Positions 1-8,887 of a stretch of 64,000 nt of DNA are shown piece after piece. The notes beneath the pieces were generated by a model that searched no databases, was not told the DNA's origin, and worked only from the letters and a program-made list of their open reading frames with translations. This DNA comes from Polyangiaceae bacterium (GTDB lineage Bacteria; Myxococcota_A; Polyangia; Polyangiales; Polyangiaceae), in assembly GCA_044376115.1 (NCBI GenBank), contig JBILLK010000008.1, positions 1 through 64,000 of the forward strand, given 5' to 3'. The first letter of the stretch is position 1; every line of letters starts with the position of its first letter. A program made the translations under genes and the position numbers.

Positions 1-114
1 GTTCTCGATAACGGCGATGCGCTTGCCGTGGTTCTCGCTGAGGATTCGGTTGAGCAGGGTGGTCTTCCCAGAGCCTAGGAAGCCGGTGAGCACGGTGACG
101 GGGATCTTTTTCAT
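1..114 (-). CDS. COG0523/CobW-family zinc metallochaperone GTPase, N-terminal 38 codons (continues beyond the window edge)
   Basis: Manual translation from ATG at 114 gives [38 protein letters not shown], the canonical COG0523 N-terminus with Walker A. Not in the ORF track. Confidence 0.9.
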   Translation of the reverse strand, partial: MKKIPVTVLTGFLGSGKTTLLNRILSENHGKRIAVIEN

Positions 115-150
115 GGCGGACCTCGCAGACGAGATGTTCGTTCCTACAGC

Positions 151-169
151 AGATGCAACTCGGTTGCAA
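151..169. promoter_or_regulatory. Palindromic operator TGCAAC-N3-GTTGCA, probable Zur (Fur-family) box
   Basis: AGATGCAACTCGGTTGCAA lies 37 nt upstream of the COG0523 start; its exact reverse complement is at 6486-6504, upstream of the second COG0523 gene. Confidence 0.7.
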
Positions 170-180
170 TCCTCGACATG

Positions 181-200
181 CGATACCCCCCGGGGTATCG
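181..200. promoter_or_regulatory. CsoR/RcnR-family operator (GATAC-C tract-G tract-GTATC)
   Basis: CGATACCCCCCGGGGTATCG is a 9-bp inverted repeat with G/C tracts, 7 nt before the ATG of a CsoR/RcnR-family repressor. Confidence 0.75.
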
Positions 201-207
201 TGCTGCG

Positions 208-480
208 ATGCACACGGTCCGGCACAAGAAGAAGCTGGTGGCGCGGATCCGCCGGGTCAAAGGGCAGATCGAGGCCGTGGAGCGGGCGCTCACCGAGGAG
301 CGCGGGTGCGAGGAGGTCGTGCGCACCATCGCGGCGGCGCGCGGAGCCATGAACGCCCTCGCCGCCGAGGTGCTTTGCGACCACCTCGAGGACCACCTGG
401 CGGCGCCTCGAATTTCGAAGGGCGACCGCGAGGCAGCAGCGACGGAGCTCGCGCGCGTCATCCGGCAGTTCGTGGGGTAA
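208..480 (+). CDS. dmeR: CsoR/RcnR-family metal-sensing repressor (DmeR-like)
   Basis: [25 protein letters not shown]...C...[11 protein letters not shown]...H pattern; lies directly upstream of a CDF transporter. Start placed at ATG 208, after the operator. Confidence 0.85.
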   Translation: MHTVRHKKKLVARIRRVKGQIEAVERALTEERGCEEVVRTIAAARGAMNALAAEVLCDHLEDHLAAPRISKGDREAAATELARVIRQFVG

Positions 481-486
481 CCGAGC

Positions 487-1416
487 ATGCAAGACGAGCT
501 TGCGACACCAGAGGAATGCGCCGCGCGACGGGCTCCGGTCCCACGCCGAAGGGAGCGTGGCGTTCAGCTGGTGGTGCTTCTGACCGCGGCGATGATGGGC
601 GTCGAGATCGTGGTCGGGTACGCAACCCACTCGATGGCGCTCTTGGCGGACGGCTGGCACATGGCGACTCACGTCGGTGCGCTCGGGCTCGCGAGCGCCG
701 CCTACTGGGTGTCGCGCAGGTTTGCGGGACATCGTGCCTTCGCCTTCGGCACCGGCAAGGTTCGCGCGCTGGCCGGCTACACCAGTGCTGTGGCGCTCGG
801 ACTGGTCGCCATCGCGATGGTGGTCGAGTCGTTGGAACGACTGCTGCGCCCCCACGCGATCGACTTCGTGAGCTCGCTTCCCGTGGCGGTGCTGGGGCTC
901 CTCGTGAACCTCGTGAGCGTCTTCTTGCTGCACGCGCACGAAGACGAAGATGATGACCATGACGGCGAGCACGACCACAACCACCGCGCAGCATTCATGC
1001 ACGTCGTTGCAGACGCGTTCACGAGCGTTCTCGCCATCGCGGCGCTACTTGCAGGACGGTTTCTCGGCTGGGCCTGGCTCGACGCCGTCTCGGGGATTGT
1101 AGGGGGGGTCGTGATCCTCAAGTGGGGCGCGGGACTGTCTCGCAACGCAGCGTTCGAGTTGCTCGACGTATCCCCCTCATCCGCCGTCGAGGACGAGATC
1201 CGGGTAGCGCTCGAGGCGCTCGACGACGTCCGGGTGAGTGACCTCCACGTGTGGTCGCTTGGTGGTGGCAAGAAGAGCTGCGTCGTCACCGTCATCACGG
1301 CGGCGCCGCATGAGGCTCGCTGGTATCGCGAGGCCCTCGCGCGCTTCGAGCTCGCGCATCTCACCATCGAGGTCCAGCGGTGCGAGGAAGGTCATCCGCG
1401 CGCCGTCGTCGCGTAG
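487..1416 (+). CDS. dmeF: Cation diffusion facilitator Co/Ni efflux transporter (DmeF-like)
   Basis: [11 protein letters not shown] and AFMHVVAD motifs, His/Asp-rich loop [24 protein letters not shown]-terminal domain. Confidence 0.9.
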   Translation: MQDELATPEECAARRAPVPRRRERGVQLVVLLTAAMMGVEIVVGYATHSMALLADGWHMATHVGALGLASAAYWVSRRFAGHRAFAFGTGKVRALAGYTSAVALGLVAIAMVVESLERLLRPHAIDFVSSLPVAVLGLLVNLVSVFLLHAHEDEDDDHDGEHDHNHRAAFMHVVADAFTSVLAIAALLAGRFLGWAWLDAVSGIVGGVVILKWGAGLSRNAAFELLDVSPSSAVEDEIRVALEALDDVRVSDLHVWSLGGGKKSCVVTVITAAPHEARWYREALARFELAHLTIEVQRCEEGHPRAVVA

Positions 1417-2420
1417 CTGCTTCTGAGGTGTTCGGCGACCTCGAGCGCAGCGTACGTGACGATGGCGTCGGCGCCTGACCGCTTGAACGCGAGCAGGCTC
1501 TCCATAAGCGCGTCGGTCCATGCGAAGGCGCCGGCATCAGCGCCCGCCCGAAGCATCGCGTACTCGCCGCTCACTTGGTAAGCGACCGTCGGGACCTGCC
1601 AGGTGTCTTTCACCTGCCGAATCACGTCCAGGTACGGGAGCCCCGGCTTGACCATCACGAGGTCGGCGCCCTCTTCGAGATCGAGAGCGACCTCCCGGAG
1701 CGCCTCGCGCGCGTTGGCCGGATCCATCTGGTACGTGCGCTTGTCGACGGAGCCCTGACGCCGCGCCGAACCGAGCGCGGAGCGAAACGGGCCGTAGAAG
1801 GCGGACGCGTACTTCACGGCGTACGAAAGGACGAGGGTCTGCTCGAGTCCGGCCGCGTCGAGCTTCGCGCGAATGGCGCCGACGCGGCCGTCCATCATGT
1901 CGGATGGAGCAACGACGTCGAAGCCCGCGCGCGCGTGTACGACGGCCATCTCGGCGAGGATGCCGACGGTCTCGTCGTTCAGCACCTCACCATCGCGGAA
2001 GATGCCGTCGTGTCCGTGCGACGTGTACGGGTCGAGCGCGATGTCGCCGATGAGCCCAAGTCCTGGAACACTAACTGCGAGCGTGCTCGCGGCCCTGCAG
2101 GCGAGTCCGCTCGGGTCCGTCGCGTGAGTTCCGAGGTCGTCCTTGAGTGCCTCTGCGATCACGGGGAATACCGCGATGGCCGGGATGCCGAGCGCCCGCG
2201 CGCGCTTGGCGTCGACGACGAGTTCATCAATCGACAGACGTGACACACCGGGGAGCGCGGCGATGGGTTCGCGTACGCCACGCCCCTCCGTGACGAAGAC
2301 CGGCCAGACCAAGTCTTCTGCGGACAGCGCGTGCTCCCGCACGAGCGCCCGAACCCACTGCGCATGGCGAAGCCGCCGCGGCCGCCTCGACGGATTCATC
2401 ACAGGCGTGCCGGTGCGCAC
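1392..2420 (-). CDS. hemB: Porphobilinogen synthase (ALA dehydratase), Cys-free (Zn-independent) type
   Basis: RPRRLR, APSDMMDGR, KYASAFYGPFR and MVKPG motifs; metal site reads DIALDPYTSHGHDG; GGAGGAG RBS before GTG 2420. Confidence 0.95.
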   Translation of the reverse strand: MRTGTPVMNPSRRPRRLRHAQWVRALVREHALSAEDLVWPVFVTEGRGVREPIAALPGVSRLSIDELVVDAKRARALGIPAIAVFPVIAEALKDDLGTHATDPSGLACRAASTLAVSVPGLGLIGDIALDPYTSHGHDGIFRDGEVLNDETVGILAEMAVVHARAGFDVVAPSDMMDGRVGAIRAKLDAAGLEQTLVLSYAVKYASAFYGPFRSALGSARRQGSVDKRTYQMDPANAREALREVALDLEEGADLVMVKPGLPYLDVIRQVKDTWQVPTVAYQVSGEYAMLRAGADAGAFAWTDALMESLLAFKRSGADAIVTYAALEVAEHLRSSYATTARG

Positions 2421-2453
2421 GCGTGCTCCTCCCGCGCGACGATGAGCATCGCC

Positions 2454-2675
2454 CTACGCCTCGCCTCTGGTGTTGGTCGCGCCCGAAGCGCGCCTTGGGC
2501 GCCGCGGACGCGGATCGGGAGCGGCGCGAGCCTGTTCGAGACGGGTCTTGAGGCGCGCGAGGACTTGCGAAACGGGGCGTGGGTCCTGGATGGACGAGTC
2601 GGCGTTACCCTCTTCGAGGACGCGCTCGAGACAGCGCACGACGAGCTCCGCGTCGGCCTGACTCAGGCGCGGCAT
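2454..2675 (-). CDS. Small hypothetical protein (73 aa)
   Basis: Co-directional ORF filling the gap in the operon and overlapping the upstream gene end; preceded by GAGGG. Confidence 0.5.
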   Translation of the reverse strand: MPRLSQADAELVVRCLERVLEEGNADSSIQDPRPVSQVLARLKTRLEQARAAPDPRPRRPRRASGATNTRGEA

Positions 2676-3796
2676 AGGGGGCCCTCGTCCGCCTCACCGC
2701 CCAGCGCGCGGAGGAATAGCTCGTCGGCTTCGACCCAGCTCTCGTGGCGGTAGCGCCGATAGAGGCTCAGTACCTGGTCGATGACGTCGAGGCGTGGCGC
2801 GTCGCCGTCGTAGGGTCGATTCAGTACCACGGAGAAGTAGCCGTCGCTCCGGTAGGGGTTGCCGCAGGCTCCCGGCACGAGGAACCAGACCGTGTAGTTG
2901 AGGCGACCTCGTTGGCAAGGGACCGGCTCGGCCGAGAACAGCACGCGCGTCACCGCTCCTAGAGCAAGGTGGCAGTGATGGTCCTCGAACTCGCCGAGCT
3001 GCCACGAGACATGCCCGTCCTCGACGTACTTGAAGACCCCCGCGAACTTCTCGGTCTGAAACTCAACCAACGTCCGCTCGCGGTAGATGACGAGCGAGGC
3101 CTCTCGAAATCGCAGCGCTTCGCGGAGGAGATCGAGCGACCGTGGTTCAGACGATTCGTCGCTCACCTCGCGCGCACCGCCGTCGAGCGCGCGAAGGGCG
3201 TCGTGCCAAAGAGCGTCGGTCGGCAGCCCTAGCGTGGTGGCGAGACACCGTCGAACATCGTCGGCGCGCTCCGAACGGAGCACGTCAGGGCTGACCTCGA
3301 AGCGCACGAGATCGGGCCGTCGAGCAATGTGGAGCCGCGCCCGCTCGAAGAACCAAGCGAGTTCGTCCAGCGCGAGCGCGTCGCCGACGTACGGACGGGA
3401 GAGCATCAACGAGACGCTCCAGCGTGAGGTTCGCGCGCCGCCGGGGCCGGTTGTCAGGAGACGCACCTCGAAGGAGGGCTTCCCGGCGAAGCACACGCTC
3501 GGCGCGACGCTGTAGGTCAGCTGATGCACGCGGCCAAGGTCGATGTGCATGTGGTGCTCGAGCCCTTCGAGGCGCAGCTCGCGGACGCCCTCGAAGCAGC
3601 CCTCGTAGACAGCAGGAAGCAGGGTTGCCTTTCCTCGCGGCAAGAACTCCGCAATGCCGCCTTCGGCCCACGAGCCGCAGGCGACGGTCACGCGCTCGGC
3701 CTCGAGCCAGTCGATGAGCACCGATTCGAAGAACGCGAGCTGCTCTCGAAAGCGCGCTTCGTCCCGACTCTGTTTGTGAGTGGCGGTCTCGATCAT
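2663..3796 (-). CDS. Hypothetical protein with two tandem ChuX/HutX(HemS)-like domains
   Basis: Internal duplication: [22 protein letters not shown] vs [22 protein letters not shown]; start overlaps the dcd stop (ATGA). Confidence 0.6.
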   Translation of the reverse strand: MIETATHKQSRDEARFREQLAFFESVLIDWLEAERVTVACGSWAEGGIAEFLPRGKATLLPAVYEGCFEGVRELRLEGLEHHMHIDLGRVHQLTYSVAPSVCFAGKPSFEVRLLTTGPGGARTSRWSVSLMLSRPYVGDALALDELAWFFERARLHIARRPDLVRFEVSPDVLRSERADDVRRCLATTLGLPTDALWHDALRALDGGAREVSDESSEPRSLDLLREALRFREASLVIYRERTLVEFQTEKFAGVFKYVEDGHVSWQLGEFEDHHCHLALGAVTRVLFSAEPVPCQRGRLNYTVWFLVPGACGNPYRSDGYFSVVLNRPYDGDAPRLDVIDQVLSLYRRYRHESWVEADELFLRALGGEADEGPLCRA

Positions 3797-4335
3797 TGCT
3801 CGCGCTCCTTCGCATGGTCCTCTGGGAGCCGACTCGGAGTCGGCCCTCTCTGGTCCGAATACTTGCTCCCGCGCGCTGGGCCGTAGGGGCGCTCGACCGG
3901 GCTCGTCAGCGCGTGAAAAACGATCTGGCAGACTCGCGAGCCGACCCGCAGGGACGCTGGCGTCGGGCCGAGGTTCGCGAGCTCAAGCGTGATCTCGCCC
4001 TCGAATCCGGGGTCGATGAAGCCTGCGGTGGCGTGAACCAGGATCGCGAGCCGGCCGATGCTGCTGCGCCCCTCGACGCGGGCGACGAGGTCAGTTGGAA
4101 CGCTCACGCGCTCGAGCGTCGTCCCGAGCGCGAACTCGCCCGGACCCAGGATGAAGTCGTCGCCCTCGGGGAGCTCCTCGACTTCCTCGGAGGCCCTGAC
4201 CACGCGCCGAAACTGGCGGCCCAGACGCAGGTCGATGCTGGCGGGCTGAAGCTGGAGCTCGAGATCGGCGAGCGGCTCGACGACGATGGATCGGTCGCGT
4301 AGCCGGTGACGAAGTTCGCGGTCCGACAAGATCAT
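3793..4335 (-). CDS. dcd: dCTP deaminase
   Basis: MILSD..., [36 protein letters not shown] and KY motifs; start at ATG 4335, inside the longer track ORF. Confidence 0.92.
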   Translation of the reverse strand: MILSDRELRHRLRDRSIVVEPLADLELQLQPASIDLRLGRQFRRVVRASEEVEELPEGDDFILGPGEFALGTTLERVSVPTDLVARVEGRSSIGRLAILVHATAGFIDPGFEGEITLELANLGPTPASLRVGSRVCQIVFHALTSPVERPYGPARGSKYSDQRGPTPSRLPEDHAKEREQ

Positions 4336-4961
4336 GCCGCACCCCCGGCCGCCACCCGCACCAGCACCGTGAGCCCCAAGCCGATGCTGAGCATCGCAGC
4401 GATGACGGTGATGGCGCTTCGCAGGCGCCCCTCTCGGCGCATCGTCCAGCTGATGGGCCGCGACATCAGGACCGTCAGCGCGACCATGCCGATGACGGTC
4501 CCGAGCGCGACGAGCGCAAGGTAGGCGACCGCGAGTGGGCGCGAGCCGATGGTGGTGGCGGCGAGCAGCGCGATCCCGGCCGATCCCGCGAGCCCGTGAA
4601 CCAGGCCGAGCACCAGCGGTCGCGCGGAGGCGCCAGCGAACGAGGGCACAGACTCGCCATCGTTCGGCCCGCGGCCGCGCACGAGGTGCCAGATCCCGAA
4701 GCCGATGAGCATCAGCGCCACGAAGAGCTCCGCGCCGCGCTCGAAGGCTTCGGGGATGCGGACCTCGGCGAGCACGATGAGGAGCCCCAGCGCGAGGAAC
4801 GCGACGGTGTGCCCAGCGCCCCAGAGCGCCGCGATGCGCGCGGCCCTCCAAACCCCTGGCTCTCGTTGAACGAGCGCGGACACCACGACCACGTGGTCCG
4901 CGTCGGTGGCGTGGCGAAGACCGAGTCCGATTCCGAGGAGCAGCACCGACAGGCCGGTCAT
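4332..4961 (-). CDS. NiCoT/UreH-like nickel/cobalt permease
   Basis: [10 protein letters not shown] signature, WGAGHT and GLVHGLAGS; about 6 hydrophobic segments; start at ATG 4961. Confidence 0.85.
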   Translation of the reverse strand: MTGLSVLLLGIGLGLRHATDADHVVVVSALVQREPGVWRAARIAALWGAGHTVAFLALGLLIVLAEVRIPEAFERGAELFVALMLIGFGIWHLVRGRGPNDGESVPSFAGASARPLVLGLVHGLAGSAGIALLAATTIGSRPLAVAYLALVALGTVIGMVALTVLMSRPISWTMRREGRLRSAITVIAAMLSIGLGLTVLVRVAAGGAA

Positions 4962-5341
4962 TGGGTCTCCAGCGGAGGGACCCGAGCGAGAATGCCGGCG
5001 CGGAGCACGTGCGGACGGTCTTCCCGCGGAAGGAAACCGGTGGGAGCGCGGCGATAGAGCGTCGCGCACTCGATGACGGCGCTCTCGGTCTCCCCGGGCT
5101 TCAGATCGCCGAAGACGTAGGTGAACTTGCCGGGCGCTCGCATGGCGATGCCACACGGGCGCGGGCACACGCTCAGGCACTCGTACGGCAGGATCACGAA
5201 GTCTTCGCGCCGCGCCCAGCTCGCGAAGCGCTCGCTCAGGTTGCGAAAGAGCCGGGCACCCGAGCGCAGCTCGCGAGGCTCCTTGCCTTCACCCGGCTGC
5301 CGGCAGGACGTGCACACGAACAGATGATGAGGAGCGCTCAC
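4958..5341 (-). CDS. DUF1636-family Cys-rich metal-binding protein
   Basis: [27 protein letters not shown] and ILARVPP motifs; GTG 5341 overlaps the upstream stop. Confidence 0.85.
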   Translation of the reverse strand: MSAPHHLFVCTSCRQPGEGKEPRELRSGARLFRNLSERFASWARREDFVILPYECLSVCPRPCGIAMRAPGKFTYVFGDLKPGETESAVIECATLYRRAPTGFLPREDRPHVLRAGILARVPPLETQ

Positions 5342-5994
5342 GGGCCGTCCACCGTGCTCGCGATCAGCACGACGCGGACTCGGCCGGTGCCCTCGATCGG
5401 CGGCGAGCGGTGAACCGCTCCGCGATGGTTCGGATGCCGCGCGCCCTTCATCACGATGACCTCGCCGGGCACCGCATGACGGATCGCCGACGCCTCCCGG
5501 ACGATCTCTTTGTTCGCGTCGCACGGACAATCCGGAGGATGGTCGAGCGCCTCGCGACGTACCGCTTCGTCTGGAACCCACTCCGTACCGGGACCCACGT
5601 ACGTCGTGACGAGACGGTACCGAACGTAGTCGACGTGGAACTTTCGGCACTGGTCCGTGCGAACCGCGCCGAACGAGACGCGCAGGCGGCGAGCGTCAGC
5701 GAGGTGCGCAAGACGGGCGAGCAGGATGGCGATGTCCATCGTCAGCCACGTGCGCGCCGGCTCGGCGAGACCGCGTGTGGCCGCCGAGAGATCGTAGTTC
5801 GGCATGCTCACGCTCTCGTCGAACTCCGCGGGAAAGCGCTTCGCCCATTCCACGAGATGCGCGTCGAGGCCCCCAGGAAGCTCGCGACGCCACGACACGA
5901 GGTTGACCTCGCCCTGAGCGAGTCGCTCGCTGGCCTCCACCTCCGCGTCGGCTCGCCGGAGGGTCGATAGGTTACGAGTCTGCGTGGTCAGCAT
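5338..5994 (-). CDS. DUF1826-family protein
   Basis: CRKFHVD, RLVTTYVGPGTEW and VHRSP motifs; a family usually found beside COG0523 genes. Confidence 0.85.
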   Translation of the reverse strand: MLTTQTRNLSTLRRADAEVEASERLAQGEVNLVSWRRELPGGLDAHLVEWAKRFPAEFDESVSMPNYDLSAATRGLAEPARTWLTMDIAILLARLAHLADARRLRVSFGAVRTDQCRKFHVDYVRYRLVTTYVGPGTEWVPDEAVRREALDHPPDCPCDANKEIVREASAIRHAVPGEVIVMKGARHPNHRGAVHRSPPIEGTGRVRVVLIASTVDGP

Positions 5995-6455
5995 GCGCGC
6001 TCCCAGAAGACGGGGAGCCAAGGGTCACCCGGTTGCCAGCGAGGGAACGGATCGTCGTCGCGTCGTGCGAAGGCCATCGAGAAGCACGCCGCAAGGTCCG
6101 ACTCGAGCGTCTCCTCAGAAGCGATGTTCTTCCCGGCGACGATCAACGTCAGCCGCGGCGTCGACTGCCACGTGCCGCAGAAGCCCGCGACGGGCGAACC
6201 ACCGTCGGATCGCGCGACGCCGTAGCACGCGGGCCTGCTCGCGAGGGCGAACGTCGCGCGCAGCCACTCGGCGCGAACAGCGAGCTCCTGAAGCAACTCC
6301 CAGAAGGGACGCGGCGCCACCAAGCCGTCCGCGATCGCCAGCACGCCGGCACGGACGACTCGGCCGCCTTCGCGTTCGTAGACCGGGCCGACGCTCAAAG
6401 GGACTCGCGCGCCTCGGTTCGGCGCCGTCGATGACGGATCGAGCGGGACATGCAT
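5988..6455 (-). CDS. Stand-alone, degenerate CobW C-terminal-like domain protein
   Basis: PFWELLQE...LRATFALASRP...LIVAG...LAAC...DPFPRW resembles the COG0523 C-terminal domain; no GTPase domain. First gene of the leftward operon. Confidence 0.55.
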   Translation of the reverse strand: MHVPLDPSSTAPNRGARVPLSVGPVYEREGGRVVRAGVLAIADGLVAPRPFWELLQELAVRAEWLRATFALASRPACYGVARSDGGSPVAGFCGTWQSTPRLTLIVAGKNIASEETLESDLAACFSMAFARRDDDPFPRWQPGDPWLPVFWERAC

Positions 6456-6485
6456 CGCGACGCTTCTACCGCAGGACTCTCCGTC

Positions 6486-6504
6486 TTGCAACCGAGTTGC
6501 ATCT
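6486..6504. promoter_or_regulatory. Palindromic operator TGCAAC-N3-GTTGCA (probable Zur box) between divergent operons
   Basis: TTGCAACCGAGTTGCATCT, the exact reverse complement of 151-169; lies between the starts at 6455 (-) and 6525 (+). Confidence 0.72.
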
Positions 6505-6524
6505 ATGCGACGGTGCGCTGCTCG

Positions 6525-7526
6525 ATGACGGTCCCGATCACCATCCTCACCGGGTTCCTCGGTTCGGGCAAGACGACGCTGCTGAATCACGCGCTGCGGG
6601 GGCCGATGCTGGCGCGCGCCCTGGTCGTGGTGAACGAGCTCGGGGCGGTGCCGCTCGACCATCTGCTGGTCAAGGAGGTGCGCGAGGACGTGCTGCTCCT
6701 CGACTCGGGCTGCGTCTGCTGCTCGATTCGGGGAGACCTGGTGGACGCGCTGCTCGCGCAATCGGGAGCCGACGCGCGCTTCGACCGCGTCTTCGTCGAG
6801 ACGACGGGGCTCGCAGATCCGACCCCGATCGTCGCGACGCTGGTGCGCCACCCGGAGCTGTCACGGCACTACCACCTCGATGCCGTTGTAACTGCGGTCG
6901 ATGGCGAGCACGCCCCGACAACCCTGGCGCGTCACGATGAGGCGAAGAAGCAGGTGCTCCTCGCGGACGACCTCATCATGACCAAGGTGGACGTCGTCAG
7001 CGCGAGCGCATTGCACGCCGCGCGCGCGGCGGCGCAGGAGCTGAACCCTCGGGCTCGGCTCTTCTTCGCCGAACGCGGCCTCCTCGATTGGCGGCCAATC
7101 CTCGAGTGGACGCCATCCACCGTCTCGTCGCGACTCGACATCGCGAACTCGGCCCCACCCCACGGCGGCAGTGAGGTTCGGTCGTTCTCGGTGCGCGCCG
7201 ACCGCGCCGTCGACTTTCGCTCGTTCGCGCTCTGGCTCTCGATGGTGAGCCAGTTCCATGGCGAGACTCTGCTCCGCGTGAAGGGCTTGTTGCGTGTCGA
7301 AGACGAGCCTGGACCGGTCGTCGTGCAAGCGGTTCAGCACGTCGTCTATCCGACCTACTCGATGTCGCAGTGGCCCAGCGAGGACCGTTCGTCACGCCTC
7401 ATGGTCATCACGCGCGGGATGCCCGTCGCGCTCGTCGAGGAGCTTCGTTCGAGTTTGGACGGACTGCTGAACGCGCCGTTGGTGCGCGCGGAGGCCGCAA
7501 CGCAACTTGCGTGGGCAAGCTCGTGA
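6525..7526 (+). CDS. COG0523/CobW-family GTPase metallochaperone
   Basis: [28 protein letters not shown] and LLRVKG motifs; start moved to ATG 6525. Confidence 0.93.
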   Translation: MTVPITILTGFLGSGKTTLLNHALRGPMLARALVVVNELGAVPLDHLLVKEVREDVLLLDSGCVCCSIRGDLVDALLAQSGADARFDRVFVETTGLADPTPIVATLVRHPELSRHYHLDAVVTAVDGEHAPTTLARHDEAKKQVLLADDLIMTKVDVVSASALHAARAAAQELNPRARLFFAERGLLDWRPILEWTPSTVSSRLDIANSAPPHGGSEVRSFSVRADRAVDFRSFALWLSMVSQFHGETLLRVKGLLRVEDEPGPVVVQAVQHVVYPTYSMSQWPSEDRSSRLMVITRGMPVALVEELRSSLDGLLNAPLVRAEAATQLAWASS

Positions 7527-8887
7527 AGGGGGCTTCGCGCAGCTTGGACCTCATCGTCACAGGCGGAAGCTGCGTGACCCCCTGGGGAACGTTCGAGATC
7601 GACCTCGGCATCCGAGATGGACGAATCGCCGAGCTCGGGTCCTTGAACGCCTGCGTGGCTGCGGAGAGGTTCGATGCTCAAGGGCTACACGTGCTGCCCG
7701 GCGTCATCGACTCGCAGGTCCACTTTCGCGAGCCTGGTCTCGAACACAAGGAGACGATCGCCACGGGCACGGCGGCCGCGCTTCTCGGAGGCGTCACGAC
7801 GGTGCTCGAGATGCCCAACACGGTTCCGCCGACCACGTCTGCCGAAGCGCTGGCCGACAAGGTTGCACGGATCCACGATCGCGCGTGGACCGACATCGCC
7901 TTCTTCGTCGGTGCGACCGAAGCGAACGCCGAGGCGCTCGCGGGACTCGAGCGCCTGCCAGGGTGCGCGGGAGTGAAGCTCTTCATGGGCAGCTCGACCG
8001 GCAGCCTGCTCGTGAGCGACGATGCGGCGCTCACAGAGGTGATGCGGCACGGCAGGAGGCGGGTCGCCGTTCACGCGGAAGACGAGGCCCGTTTGCGCGA
8101 GCGGCGTCATCTCGCTGAAGCGCCCGGGGCCAGGGTCGACGCTCACCCTGTATGGCGCGACGAACTGAGTGCCCATCGCGCGACCGAGCGGTGCCTGCGC
8201 GGCGCCCGGCGCTTCGGTCGGCGTGTGCACATCCTCCACGTGAGCACGGCCGGGGAGCTGGACCTGCTCGAAGAGCATCGCGACCTCGCGACGTTCGAGG
8301 TCACGCCGCAGCACCTCACGCTGAGCGCGCCCGGTTGCTACGAAAACCTCGGCACGCTGGCGCAGATGAACCCGCCCATCCGGGACGCGCGCCACCGCGA
8401 AGCGCTCTGGCATGCCGTGCGCGTCGGGCTCGTCGACGTCATCGGCTCCGACCACGCCCCCCACACGCGCGAGGAGAAGGGGCGCACATACCCAGCTTCT
8501 CCTTCCGGCATGCCGGGGGTACAGACCCTCCTGCCGGTGATGCTGACCCACGTCCACGAGGGTCGTCTCTCACTGCCTCGGCTGGTGGAGCTCGTGGCGA
8601 GTGGGCCCGCGCGCGTCTACGGCATCGCTCGCAAGGGACGCATCGTGGTCGGGGCCGACGCGGATCTCACGTTCGTGGACCTCAAGCGTCGCCAGTGTCT
8701 GACGCACGCGATGATGCGTTCTCCCTGCGGGTGGACGCCGTTCGACGGAATGGAGGTCGTCGGGTTCCCAGTGGCCACGCTGCTTCGAGGCCGAATCGCG
8801 ATGCGCGATGGAGAGCTGGTCGGTGCGCCCACGGGCCGGGTGGTCGCGTTCGAGGAGACCCTCGGGCCTAGCGGTCAAGCCGCGTGA
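7523..8887 (+). CDS. pyrC: Dihydroorotase (amidohydrolase, QVH type)
   Basis: DSQVHFREPG, EMPNT, KLFMGSSTG, HAEDE, MNPPIR and SDHAPHT motifs; GTG start overlaps the upstream stop. Confidence 0.88.
   Translation: MKGASRSLDLIVTGGSCVTPWGTFEIDLGIRDGRIAELGSLNACVAAERFDAQGLHVLPGVIDSQVHFREPGLEHKETIATGTAAALLGGVTTVLEMPNTVPPTTSAEALADKVARIHDRAWTDIAFFVGATEANAEALAGLERLPGCAGVKLFMGSSTGSLLVSDDAALTEVMRHGRRRVAVHAEDEARLRERRHLAEAPGARVDAHPVWRDELSAHRATERCLRGARRFGRRVHILHVSTAGELDLLEEHRDLATFEVTPQHLTLSAPGCYENLGTLAQMNPPIRDARHREALWHAVRVGLVDVIGSDHAPHTREEKGRTYPASPSGMPGVQTLLPVMLTHVHEGRLSLPRLVELVASGPARVYGIARKGRIVVGADADLTFVDLKRRQCLTHAMMRSPCGWTPFDGMEVVGFPVATLLRGRIAMRDGELVGAPTGRVVAFEETLGPSGQAA

Noticed and set aside
3793..5650. 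Long N-terminal extensions of the track ORFs 3793..4851, 4332..5180 and 4958..5650
   Set aside because: They overlap upstream genes in other frames; family homology begins at internal starts that overlap the upstream stops.
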